From the IMG/VR virus record IMGVR_UViG_3300011114_000473, positions 1-48,776 of that record: 48,776 nucleotides of DNA; one strand, given 5' to 3'. Numbering within the stretch: position 1 is the first letter of the stretch; every line of letters starts with the position of its first letter. Below are positions 37,207 to 45,514 of the stretch, in pieces. The notes under the pieces were generated by a model that worked only from the letters and a program-made list of their open reading frames with translations, was not told the origin of the DNA and searched no databases. Origin of the DNA: a virus. Lineage: Duplodnaviria > Caudoviricetes. The translations under genes were made by a program, and so were the position numbers.

Positions 37207-37649
37207 CCATCCGCACCGCCATCGACCTCATCAAGTCGCACGAAGGCTGCCGATTGACGGCATATCGCGACACGCTTGGGAAGCTAACGATAGGTTATGG
37301 CCGCTGCGTGCCGGGCATCAAATCCGGCGATACATGCACCCAGGCCTCGGCAGACGCATGGCTCGACGATGCCGTGAAGGTCGCGGGCGCTGGTGCGGTG
37401 CGGGTCTGCCAGCGGGCGGGGATCAACTGGGCGGCACTCTCGGAGCCTCGTCGGGCTGTGTTGACCGACATGGCCTATCAGCTTGGCGAGGGCGGTCTAG
37501 GGGCCTTCCGCAACATGCTAGGCGCCATCAAGGGCGAGATGTGGATTGCCGCAGCTACGGCGGGCCTCGCCAGCATGTGGGCCAAGCAGACGCCGAACCG
37601 GGCGCACCAGAACATGACCATCATGCAGAGCGGCGAATGGCCGGGATAG
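37203..37649 (+). CDS. Endolysin (T4-like/GH24 lysozyme)
   Basis: HEG.RL.AYRDTLGKLTIGYG catalytic E-D-T triad; DMAYQLG; S.WAKQTPNRA. Confidence 0.92.
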   Translation: MTIRTAIDLIKSHEGCRLTAYRDTLGKLTIGYGRCVPGIKSGDTCTQASADAWLDDAVKVAGAGAVRVCQRAGINWAALSEPRRAVLTDMAYQLGEGGLGAFRNMLGAIKGEMWIAAATAGLASMWAKQTPNRAHQNMTIMQSGEWPG

Positions 37650-37658
37650 GAGCCTGAC

Positions 37659-38093
37659 ATGGCTTTTGGAATAGACGACCTCGCAGCGGCCGGTCTGAGC
37701 ATCGGCGGCAAGCTGATCGATCGGCTCTGGCCCGACCCTGCTCAACGTGACGCCGCCAAGCTAGAACTCCTCAAGATGCAGCAGAGCGGCGAATTGGCCC
37801 AACTCGCGGCAGACACCGATCTTGCCAAGGGCCAGCTTGCGGTCAATGCGGCGGAAGCCTCAAGCGGGTCGGTCTTCACCAGCGGGTGGCGGCCGTTCAT
37901 CGGCTGGATCTGCGGCGCGGGTCTGGGTTTTCAATTCATCGTCTCGCCGCTGGCAACCTTCACCGCAGGCCTTTTCGGCAAGGTCATCGTTTTTCCCCCG
38001 CTCGACATGGGGACGCTTTTGACGCTGCTCCTCGGGATGTTGGGTCTGGGCAGTATGAGGACGATCGAGAAAATGAAGGGCGTTGCGTCTTGA
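37659..38093 (+). CDS. Holin of 3 TMs (GTA holin family)
   Basis: KLIDRLWPDP, SGWRPFIGW and LLGMLGLGSMRTIEK motifs. Confidence 0.88.
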   Translation: MAFGIDDLAAAGLSIGGKLIDRLWPDPAQRDAAKLELLKMQQSGELAQLAADTDLAKGQLAVNAAEASSGSVFTSGWRPFIGWICGAGLGFQFIVSPLATFTAGLFGKVIVFPPLDMGTLLTLLLGMLGLGSMRTIEKMKGVAS

Positions 38094-38272
38094 GGCTCAC
38101 CGTCGCCCTCCTACTCCTCCTCACCGGCTGCCTCCCATCCCCACAGCCTGACATGGTGATAGGCCCGCTGGTGCCGTCAGAGCGCGTCTGGAGAGCCTTC
38201 AGCGAGTGGTGCGGTCAGACGGCCCCGACGCCCGAGGATCTGGAATTGCGGGCGGGGAGATGTCGGGAGTGA
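38090..38272 (+). CDS. Small lipoprotein (o-spanin-like)
   Basis: TTG start overlaps the holin stop; lipobox LLLLLTGC; Pro-rich mature part. Confidence 0.55.
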   Translation: MRLTVALLLLLTGCLPSPQPDMVIGPLVPSERVWRAFSEWCGQTAPTPEDLELRAGRCRE

Positions 38273-38372
38273 CCGGAAGCCCTCCGAACAGGCTTGAAAC
38301 CGAGGGAGGCCGTGGTGCTAGGCATCGGTACGGAATGCTCCAACCCTCAGACTTCCGGTCACCCTTTCAATG

Positions 38373-38403
38373 TCAGGGGCTCCGGCTAGGGAGCCCCTGA
38401 TTT
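38373..38403 (+). terminator. Putative terminator after the lysis cassette
   Basis: Perfect 11-bp stem TCAGGGGCTCC/GGAGCCCCTGA with a 6-nt loop, followed by TTT. Confidence 0.6.
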
Positions 38404-38510
38404 CCCCGGCTGCATCGGGCCGTAACACCGTTGCAGTTGGCAGTGCGCGAGGGCACAAGCGTAGTGGCATGCTCCGTCATGAATTATGCCAATTTCCCAA
38501 GGCTGAGACA

Positions 38511-38672
38511 ATGCCCCTCCACCTAACGCCCGACCTCCTCGGCCAGATCGCCGCGCTCAACCGCGACATCAACCATCGCATCACCTATTCCAGCGACTTG
38601 AGCCGCGCCACCTCGGCGGCAAGGATATGGTCGCCACTCTATCCGCCCGCCTCTCGAATAAGGGGCCGTTGA
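38511..38672 (+). pseudogene. Fragment resembling the N-terminus of a transglutaminase-like cysteine peptidase (C93/BTLCP)
   Basis: IAALNRDINHRITYSSD resembles the N..VN..I....D motif; the catalytic GDCED part is absent. Confidence 0.3.
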
Positions 38673-38851
38673 TCATTCGCGGCGGTAAATGGCATCTAGT
38701 AGACAAAAATGAAGCGCCGGACACCCCTACCACGGAAAGGTCCGACGCTTCGCTTTTCAACTCAAACCAAGGAGGCACCAATGGAACCCCCATGACCTGA
38801 TTTGATCTAGGTCTACCCCTGCAAACATTCGCTTGCAGGGGAGATCCTGGA

Positions 38852-38953
38852 GCCGGTGTGGCGAAACTGGTAGACGCGCTCGACCTGGGATCGAGTGGGG
38901 GAAGGTTGTGAAGGCCGCGCCCCCTGCGGGTTCAAGTCCCGTCACCGGCACCA
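38852..38953 (+). tRNA. Atypical class II tRNA: Leu-type body, TGG (Pro) anticodon, C33, 30-nt variable region, encoded CCA
   Basis: Acceptor GCCGGTG/CACCGGC; D arm GCG-AAACTGGTAGA-CGC; anticodon stem CTCGA/TCGAG with loop CCTGGGA; T arm GCGGG-TTCAAGT-CCCGT; ACCA end. Confidence 0.85.
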
Positions 38954-39067
38954 TGATTTTTATAGCATACAAAACCGGATCTGGGAATCCCCCCAGGGGC
39001 CTGTTTATTGAAGTACATTCCTATGCGGCCTTCACCCCGCTTCTAACGATGAGTATTTGCAACCCAA

Positions 39068-39313
39068 CTACCAGAAATGAGCTACCTCAGCGCAGAGCAT
39101 GAGAAGCACCAGCGTGATCGCGATCAACAAATACCGGATGCTGGCGAGCAGTCTATTTACTGAGGATAAGTGGGAAACCACCAGAACAATGTCGTGGCGC
39201 GCGTGGACAATGGCCTGCCGTAATTGATCGTCATCATACCCCTGGGGGCGTTCCATTTCTCGAAACAGCACCCGTTCAAGAAGTTCGTTTGCCATTTTAT
39301 CCCATCGGTTCAT
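39068..39313 (-). CDS. Small membrane-anchored hypothetical protein
   Basis: 81 aa, C-terminal TM segment, lower GC. Confidence 0.55.
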   Translation of the reverse strand: MNRWDKMANELLERVLFREMERPQGYDDDQLRQAIVHARHDIVLVVSHLSSVNRLLASIRYLLIAITLVLLMLCAEVAHFW

Positions 39314-39372
39314 TGGCCGCCCTTCCGTGGGGGATATTATACTGGACAAACCCAACTCTAGATCATGACGAC

Positions 39373-39594
39373 CTAATGGGTGATTATCATCTTATATCCG
39401 CCGTGAAATAGAAGCCAATCCAGGCCGCCAATGGCGGTTAGCACGGCGCCCAGGACGGCTACAGCAAGGCTGCTTGACATGAGGTGGCCACTAGTGTCGG
39501 CCCCATAGGGCAAACTCAAGACGACCACAACTAAGATCGCCCCGACAATCAGCGTCGAAATGCCCAGATAGAAAATCTCTAGCGGCACCGACAT
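39373..39594 (-). CDS. Small two-TM membrane protein
   Basis: 73 aa with two hydrophobic helices; AAGGGG RBS. Confidence 0.55.
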   Translation of the reverse strand: MSVPLEIFYLGISTLIVGAILVVVVLSLPYGADTSGHLMSSSLAVAVLGAVLTAIGGLDWLLFHGGYKMIITH

Positions 39595-39666
39595 TATGGC
39601 TTCCCCTTAGTTGGCTCCGGTGCTGGCTTCACCTTGGCGATCTTCCTTATCTTGAGGGATGTGCGA

Positions 39667-40427
39667 CTAGGCAATGGTGTCCCGATAGGTGAGGCGCTTG
39701 CCAATGGCGGTTTGCATCACGCCAACTGTGCGCTCGCCGTCCCGCTCGCTACGGGTATTCCAGCGCCGATCAAACTCCGCCAGATAGCGGGGCATATGTC
39801 GGTCACTGATATGGTGAAAGGCGCCGATGATCCCCCGCTTCAAGAGGCTGTGGTAACTTTCCGCGAAGTTCGTGTGGAAGATAACGCCCCGCACGAACGT
39901 CTTGCTGTGATCGACCACATGATGGCTGTGGAAATGCTCGTCCAGCCCCTCATACGATAGATGGGCGTCCGTCACGATGTTCGCCGAGCGGTCAACGATT
40001 GGCTTGGCGAGACGCTGTAAGGTTCCTGTAACATCGCCTCACGAACACGATGGCACATAAACCAGGCACTCTTGTAGCTGATCGACAGTTCGCGGTGGAG
40101 TTGGTTGGCCGATACACCCTTTTTAGACGAGCACATCAGGAAGATCGCATAAATCCATTTCCCAACCGGGATGTGAGCGCCTTCAAAGATCGAGCGGGAC
40201 GTGACGCTAAACTTCTTCCGGCAAGCGCCACACTTCCACTGCTTACGGACAGTTTCAGTGCCGTCCTTCGCGGTGAAGGTATAGGCGACTTCGTAAATCT
40301 TCTTATCGCTATTCCCGCAGAGGGGGCACGTCACGCCGTTCGGCCAGCGGAGTTGTGCGAAAGCTTCCTGTGCTGCGGCTTCGTCAGTCAGGTAGCGGGC
40401 GATGTCTGTGATGCCGGTGATTTGCAT
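39667..40427 (-). pseudogene. IS1595-family transposase, internally deleted and frameshifted
   Basis: Zn ribbon RWPNGVTCPLCG...WKCGACRKKFSV and KGVSANQLHREL.ISYKSAWFM; C-terminal TD...Y, HTNFAESYHSLLKRG and YLAEFD.R.N in another frame; the ExDETY segment is missing. Confidence 0.9.
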
Positions 40428-40460
40428 GAGCCATTATATAGCACATGATTTTGGTCCAAA

Positions 40461-40476
40461 TAAGTATCTAATCGCC
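40461..40476 (-). mobile_element. Probable IS1595 terminal inverted repeat (5' end of the element)
   Basis: GGCGATTAGATACTTA begins 49 bp upstream of the transposase ATG and marks where a phage ORF is interrupted. Confidence 0.5.
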
Positions 40477-40562
40477 AGAATTTCGGGCTCTATTTCGGCC
40501 AGTCCCTTGCGAGCTTCCCAATGTCTCGCCCAGTACTGAAGCCTCTCCACTATATCCGTCAC
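40477..40562 (-). pseudogene. Phage early gene truncated by the IS (VTDIVERLQYW...)
   Basis: AGGAG RBS and a TDIVERL start typical of small phage proteins; the frame runs into the IS end. Confidence 0.45.
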
Positions 40563-40592
40563 TTGCTGGTCTCCTGAGAAATGGCCTGACGG

Positions 40593-40680
40593 TCGGGCGC
40601 ATCCTTCGGACCGGGCTCTACTCGGTTCCCTCCCGGAGCCTCTGACGAGTCTCCGCCTTCGGTAACGATCCCTTGCGCGA
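40593..40680 (-). repeat. Multi-hairpin palindromic element, copy 1
   Basis: Minus strand reads ACC-GAA-GG, GAGAC..GGCTC and AGCCCGGT-CCGAAGG-ATGCGCC. Confidence 0.45.
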
Positions 40681-41661
40681 TCATGCTGCGTCTCCGAATT
40701 GAAGCGATCCTTGGCGCTTGTCTGCGCGCCCCTTGGCCCGAGCGTCATATTCTTCCCAAGGAATGCCGAGCTTTGACCCTCGGATGGCCCAGCGCTGGAA
40801 ACGGCATAGCTCTCGGTTCGTGCGGTCGTAAACCATCGGATAGGGTCGCATCCCGCGCTCCGCCATGCGGTTGAAGCGATAAAGAACGCGCTCCATCGTT
40901 TCATCGGAAGCCCAGCCTACGAGCATGTAGACGAGGAGATGTGTCGGAGGGACGCCAGCGCGCTCCAGCATGTCAACGCCCCGCAGGAAGACCTTTTCGT
41001 CCTTCAGGTTGTCCCATGCGGTGTAGAGGCGACGGACCTTGAAGCTGTCGTCGTAGTAAGGGATCGACGCGATGGCTTTGGCGGACTCATCGTTGATGAG
41101 CCGCGTGTTGATGCCTTGGTTGAAGCAGACCTTGAAACCACCGTCGCGGATCTCCGCAATGCGGTCGCGCCAGCTTGGTTCGCCAAAGAAGTCGTTATCG
41201 AGCAGATGGATGTGCCGAGGATAGTTTCCGCCGCGCCAGAGGTCATGAATGGTGTTGACGCTCTTGGGCTTGCCTTCCTTCTTCGGCACTACGCAGAAGC
41301 CACACTTGAGGCGGCAACCGCGCTGGGTGAAGCCTATCGACCCATCGAAGTCTGGGTAGAGCGAGTAGTCATAATGCTCGTAAGGATTCTCGCCGATGAT
41401 GTCTTCAACGGTCCCGAGGTTCCCGCTCCCCGTGCCGCCAACCATGCAGCCGGGAAACTCTGCGCGGAACGTCTCGACGATGCGGCTGCTGAACCCAAAG
41501 ATCGTTGAGCCATAGACGCGATCGTAACGCGGCTCCAGCATGTCCCTGCGCACCTTGCGGCTGAAATGCACTTCGTCACCGCGCGCCTTGTGCCAATGCG
41601 ATAGCTTCATCAGCGCGAGGTTTGGCAGCTTGCCGTCGATATGGGTGAGGCGCACGATCAC
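40681..41661 (-). CDS. Radical SAM protein
   Basis: RGCRLKCGFC (CxxxCxxC), PNLALMKLS, LLDNDF and YMLVG motifs; AAGGAGG RBS, GTG start. Confidence 0.9.
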   Translation of the reverse strand: MIVRLTHIDGKLPNLALMKLSHWHKARGDEVHFSRKVRRDMLEPRYDRVYGSTIFGFSSRIVETFRAEFPGCMVGGTGSGNLGTVEDIIGENPYEHYDYSLYPDFDGSIGFTQRGCRLKCGFCVVPKKEGKPKSVNTIHDLWRGGNYPRHIHLLDNDFFGEPSWRDRIAEIRDGGFKVCFNQGINTRLINDESAKAIASIPYYDDSFKVRRLYTAWDNLKDEKVFLRGVDMLERAGVPPTHLLVYMLVGWASDETMERVLYRFNRMAERGMRPYPMVYDRTNRELCRFQRWAIRGSKLGIPWEEYDARAKGRADKRQGSLQFGDAA

Positions 41662-41689
41662 CTAGCCTCCTTGCGATATGCGGGCGTTA

Positions 41690-41760
41690 GTCGCGTAAGC
41701 GAGCGAGACCGTAGGGCTCGATCCGAAGGACCAGCACGCGGTGCTCGTAGAGCAATCGCC
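41690..41760 (+). repeat. Multi-hairpin palindromic element, copy 2 (inverted relative to copy 1)
   Basis: TCGC-GTAA-GCGA, GAGAC..GGCTC, TCC-GAA-GGA and CGCGGT-GCTCGTAGAGC-AATCGCC. Confidence 0.45.
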
Positions 41761-41813
41761 ATGACCAGCGGGTATCCACCTCCCCGCGCGCAGGAGGGCT
41801 AGGAGAGATACGG

Positions 41814-42344
41814 TCATGGGGATGCTCCGGCAAAGTCAAATGCGATCTGAGGGCTTATGAGCACAGGAAGCGGCGGCAGTTCGATGGCGTCCGGCATCTC
41901 ATGCGGCAGCTGCTGGAGGGCGATCAGGCCGCCTTTCGTTTCGCCCACGTGCCGCCACCCGGCTTTGCGGTAACACCAACCTGGACGGTTTTTCGGCAGC
42001 GTCTTCTTGGCATCGACAAAGGAAATGATTCCCAACTCGGGAACCTCGGGCCAGTGGCTCCGGGTGATGGCGACGGCATCGCGAATAAGATCGCTCGACA
42101 GGCCAGCCCCCTCATTGCGGAAACAACTGTTCACCCAAGCCCCAGCCCATGCGTGGCGCACATACTCTGCAAACGGCCAAGACGTGACCCACAGGGCGCG
42201 CTCGCACTCGGACAGCAAAACAAGGCAACGACCGGGCGGCACGAATTGAGGAGATCCGATCTTCTGGCGGTTGTAGTGCCGATCAGCGATGGCGCAGGCT
42301 CGTGGATCCGCCCGATGGCTCAACCGCCACACAGTCGCGATCAT
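41814..42344 (-). CDS. Mom/XF1762-like GNAT-fold protein (possible DNA modification enzyme)
   Basis: IADRHY, FRNEG.GLSS.LI, IISFVD and PGWCYRKAGWRHVGET resemble Mom-family motifs. Confidence 0.55.
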   Translation of the reverse strand: MIATVWRLSHRADPRACAIADRHYNRQKIGSPQFVPPGRCLVLLSECERALWVTSWPFAEYVRHAWAGAWVNSCFRNEGAGLSSDLIRDAVAITRSHWPEVPELGIISFVDAKKTLPKNRPGWCYRKAGWRHVGETKGGLIALQQLPHEMPDAIELPPLPVLISPQIAFDFAGASP

Positions 42345-42955
42345 TCACCCCTCCCTCTTTGGCATAGCTGAGAGAGAGCGGCGCGGGCTTTGCGGTAGAA
42401 GTCCAGCTTTCCGGGATAATGAACGTCTGGCCCGGTATCGCTGTAGATCGACTCCCCGTAATCGCCGAGGCTGTTCCACACCTCCTCGCTGTGACCCGAT
42501 ATCGCCCGCGCAACCCTTTCGATCAGTTCCGCCGAGGGCTCTCCGGCAACAGGGTCTTGAGAGAGGGGTGGGGTGGGAAGGGGAGCCCAGTGCGTCGGAT
42601 CGCCAAGACCCAGAACGCCGGGAGGCTCGTAGAATCCACCGCGCGTTACCCAGCCTGAAATCCCGTTGTGGTCAAACCATTCGCCCCAGCCAGTGACCCA
42701 GCCCCACGGGTCGCCCATATCCCGACCCAACAGGACTGGTCTCCCATCCTTCGGAGCCGTCTCAATCGGCCTCCATCCCCCTACTGGAGAGCGGAGAGCT
42801 TGGGCTGATGCTCGGAGGTCGGCGATATCTGTGGCAGCCATTTCTCGCAAATCGGCAAGATGATCGGAAGGAGCAAACGACGACTTCAAATGGAAAGATG
42901 CCTTCTCGCGTCGAAGGGCCATCTCATCCAGCCTATCCGGCAGGGAGGTGCTCAC
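42341..42955 (-). CDS. DUF551-like hypothetical protein
   Basis: WRPIETAPKDGRPVLL...PTHWAPLP.PP and ELIERVARAI motifs. Confidence 0.75.
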   Translation of the reverse strand: MSTSLPDRLDEMALRREKASFHLKSSFAPSDHLADLREMAATDIADLRASAQALRSPVGGWRPIETAPKDGRPVLLGRDMGDPWGWVTGWGEWFDHNGISGWVTRGGFYEPPGVLGLGDPTHWAPLPTPPLSQDPVAGEPSAELIERVARAISGHSEEVWNSLGDYGESIYSDTGPDVHYPGKLDFYRKARAALSQLCQRGRGE

Positions 42956-43707
42956 AGCACAACCCCCGAAGCCGCAGCCCATTCCGCAGCCCATTCCAGC
43001 GCCATCTTCGCCGCAAACCCGCCGCCGCTGTCATCGCCCGGCCTGTCCCCCTTTCTGATCATCAAGAACCACTGTTCGGCGGGCCGTTTGCTGTTCTTCT
43101 CCATCGTCTCTACGTCCACATGACGGATATTGGCGATGGTGCCGACAAGACAGGCGCACTCGCCGGTATAGGCCGAACCGTCAATCTTGCCGTCCCGCAG
43201 CGCCGCGACGAGCCCAGGCACCTCGGCGCGGTTCTGCGTGAGGATCATCCAGTAGTCGGCCTTGAAGCTATTCAGGTCGGCATCGCTCAGGACGGCAGCG
43301 TTCAGGACGGCACCGTTCAGGACGGCACCGTTCAGGACGGCATCGCGCAGGTCGGCACCGTTCAGGACGGCACCGCGCAGGACGGCACCGTTCAGGACGG
43401 CATCGCGCAGGTCGGCACCGTTCAGGACGGCACCGCTCAGGACGGCACCGCGCAGGTCGGCATCGCGCAGGACGGCACCGCGCAGGTCGGCATCGCGCAG
43501 GACGGCACCGCGCAGGACGGCACCGCGCAGGACGGCACCGCGCAGGTCGGCATCGCGCAGGACGGCACCGCGCAGGACGGCAACCTTAACCGCTGCGCCT
43601 AGCTGCACTCCAAGGCTCTGGCTCTCAAACCGTGCGTCGATTTCGACACTGACGGCAGGCATCCAGGCCCAGCGTTTCTTGATTTCAAACTGCATGGTTT
43701 TTTCCAT
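42952..43707 (-). CDS. Pentapeptide repeat protein
   Basis: About 21 A(V/D)L(R/N/S)(G/D) repeats; C-terminal GKIDGSAYTGECACLVGTIA domain; start uncertain (43728/43707/43695). Confidence 0.9.
   Translation of the reverse strand: MEKTMQFEIKKRWAWMPAVSVEIDARFESQSLGVQLGAAVKVAVLRGAVLRDADLRGAVLRGAVLRGAVLRDADLRGAVLRDADLRGAVLSGAVLNGADLRDAVLNGAVLRGAVLNGADLRDAVLNGAVLNGAVLNAAVLSDADLNSFKADYWMILTQNRAEVPGLVAALRDGKIDGSAYTGECACLVGTIANIRHVDVETMEKNSKRPAEQWFLMIRKGDRPGDDSGGGFAAKMALEWAAEWAAASGVVL
43271..43582 (-). repeat. 15-bp tandem repeat array encoding the pentapeptides
   Basis: Units such as GCAGGACGGCACCGC and TCAGGACGGCACCGT. Confidence 0.9.
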
Positions 43708-43859
43708 TGGGGTGGGGGTGTCAGGCATGGGGGACTCCTGCGGGAGTGTTAGAGGGGGTCATGCGGGGGAGCATTGGCGCATCCTGGCGGACCGGGCTTT
43801 CGTCGCTTCGCGATGGAGCCGACAGGTCGTCTCCACCCAAGGCTTCAATCCCGTGCGCG

Positions 43860-44420
43860 TCATCGCGGCACCGCCATCAGGCCCGTATTTTGAAGGTAGG
43901 TGGTTTCCAACTCGATCCACCGATTGCGGACATCTTCATCGTCGGCGATCAGAGAGCGGGAGCCGCCGATATAGCGCCGCACAAAGGCTGCCGCTTGACG
44001 CTCACTTACCTCGGCCGCGCCTTCGGACTCGCTGGCCCATGCCTGGAAGCGCGGATCTTCGCAGCGCCTCACGCAAAGGACCCGGATCTTCTCGCTCGGC
44101 GAGAGTGCTTCATATCGGTCCTTCGCCGCTGCCGATCGGTCAAGATTACGGGTATCAGACGGCTCCGGGGGACTTGCGTCAGAAGGAGCTGGGGGGTGCG
44201 CTTCTGAACCGCCTGATGGGGTTGGCGCCATGGATAGGCGCGCGATGGCGACCGGGATTTGCTTTCCGGGTTGGGGAATGCCGAACATCTTGATCGCGGC
44301 TTCGGCCTGCTCGATCGGGATCTCGATGCAGAGGAGGGCGACCGAGCGCGTCTTGATGAGTTTGAAGTCGGCGAAGTCGCCCCATAGGACGGCCGCTGCG
44401 GGCTCACGTAGATTCGACAT
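43860..44420 (-). CDS. Hypothetical protein
   Basis: DFKLIKTRSV....EIPIEQA and CEDPRFQAW patterns common in phage recombination regions. Confidence 0.7.
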   Translation of the reverse strand: MSNLREPAAAVLWGDFADFKLIKTRSVALLCIEIPIEQAEAAIKMFGIPQPGKQIPVAIARLSMAPTPSGGSEAHPPAPSDASPPEPSDTRNLDRSAAAKDRYEALSPSEKIRVLCVRRCEDPRFQAWASESEGAAEVSERQAAAFVRRYIGGSRSLIADDEDVRNRWIELETTYLQNTGLMAVPR

Positions 44421-44790
44421 AGATCCCCCTTCGCGCTAGATCGCGCTCTATCACTCGTCTGCCTTGGTAGAGATCCCCGCTGACCGTCCAGAGGCGCAGC
44501 GAGACGTTGAGCGGTTCCGTTCCAAGGTCGCCCCAGAAAGTGAGTTCGCCCTTGTTGTGCTGGATGCGGTGGCATTCGTCGCAGAGCGGAACCGTGTACT
44601 TGTCGGAAGGCTTTGTCCCCGTCCCTCCGTCTGTGCCCGCGCGGACATGAGCGGCCTGCACCAGACCGATCACCCCGCAGCAAAGGCATATGCCGACACC
44701 CCGCACGAAGCTGAGATGCGCCACGGCCCGCTTGGGGTCGGGCTTGCGCTTGGTGCGGGCCAGCGTCTTAGGGATGCGGGACGGGAGCAT
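44404..44790 (-). CDS. DUF968/HNH-like putative nuclease
   Basis: HLSFVR...CLCCG....AAHVR...G.GTKPSD..TVPLCDECH..QH. Confidence 0.8.
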   Translation of the reverse strand: MLPSRIPKTLARTKRKPDPKRAVAHLSFVRGVGICLCCGVIGLVQAAHVRAGTDGGTGTKPSDKYTVPLCDECHRIQHNKGELTFWGDLGTEPLNVSLRLWTVSGDLYQGRRVIERDLARRGIYVEST

Positions 44791-45512
44791 TAGGCGGCTT
44801 CGGCCATCGCGCGGCGGCGTTTCTCGTAGAGCGCGACAAGCTGAGAATATCCCTCCTCGGAATGTGCCTTGATCGCCGCCATGCGCTCACGGTTCACGTC
44901 CATGAGGTCTTCCAGGTTCATAAGGGTCTCCTCGGCCTGGATCGCCTTTTTCATGGCGGCGTATTCGTCGCGCGCCTTCTGCATGGCCGGGTCTTCATCA
45001 TCCTTGGGGGCGGCGGTCTTGGTCCTGCCGTTGTTCGCCGCCGGCGGGGCCATCTGTGTTCCGCCATTCGATTGGCCGCGACCCTGCGCCGCCTCTCCGT
45101 CATCGTCTTCAGGCGCGACACCGGCCATCGCCGCCAAGGAATAACGGCGGAGATAAGTCGTCACCGAGCCGACGCTTTGAGCGTCGAACTTGACCGGGGC
45201 CACGGAGAGCCGCCCCCTGATCCACTGCCCCGAGGAATGGCCGAGCATGGTCGTCACCGCGATATCCCGGCCGCAGTTGTGCGGGATCTGCACCACGGCG
45301 ATTCCATGCTTGGAAAGGGGCGCGCGGCACGCCTCGGCAATTGAGGCGAGGTCCGCATAGCTGGACTTGAAGTGCGGGTTCTTGCTGTCCTTCACCGCGC
45401 CCTTTATCTCGCCCTGCGCCTTCGCCAGCGCCTCCATGAGCTTGCCGATCTCGGGGGACATGGAGATATCCATCGGCTGGATCTCTCCGGTATTCGCGTC
45501 GAACGATTCCAT
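44790..45512 (-). CDS. erf: ERF-family single-strand annealing protein
   Basis: ALAKAQ...KDSKNPHFKSSYADL, HSSGQW and QSVGSVTTYLRRYSL.AMAGVAPEDDDG motifs. Confidence 0.93.
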   Translation of the reverse strand: MESFDANTGEIQPMDISMSPEIGKLMEALAKAQGEIKGAVKDSKNPHFKSSYADLASIAEACRAPLSKHGIAVVQIPHNCGRDIAVTTMLGHSSGQWIRGRLSVAPVKFDAQSVGSVTTYLRRYSLAAMAGVAPEDDDGEAAQGRGQSNGGTQMAPPAANNGRTKTAAPKDDEDPAMQKARDEYAAMKKAIQAEETLMNLEDLMDVNRERMAAIKAHSEEGYSQLVALYEKRRRAMAEAA

Positions 45513-45514
45513 GA

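Noticed and set aside
38926-38953. tRNA 3' end as an attP core
   Set aside because: No integrase in the window and no second copy of the sequence seen.
40641-40675. CTGACGAG resembling a hammerhead ribozyme core
   Set aside because: No downstream GAAA or compatible stems were found.
43271-43582. Regular repeats that might suggest a CRISPR array
   Set aside because: Contiguous 15-bp coding units with no spacers; they encode pentapeptide repeats.
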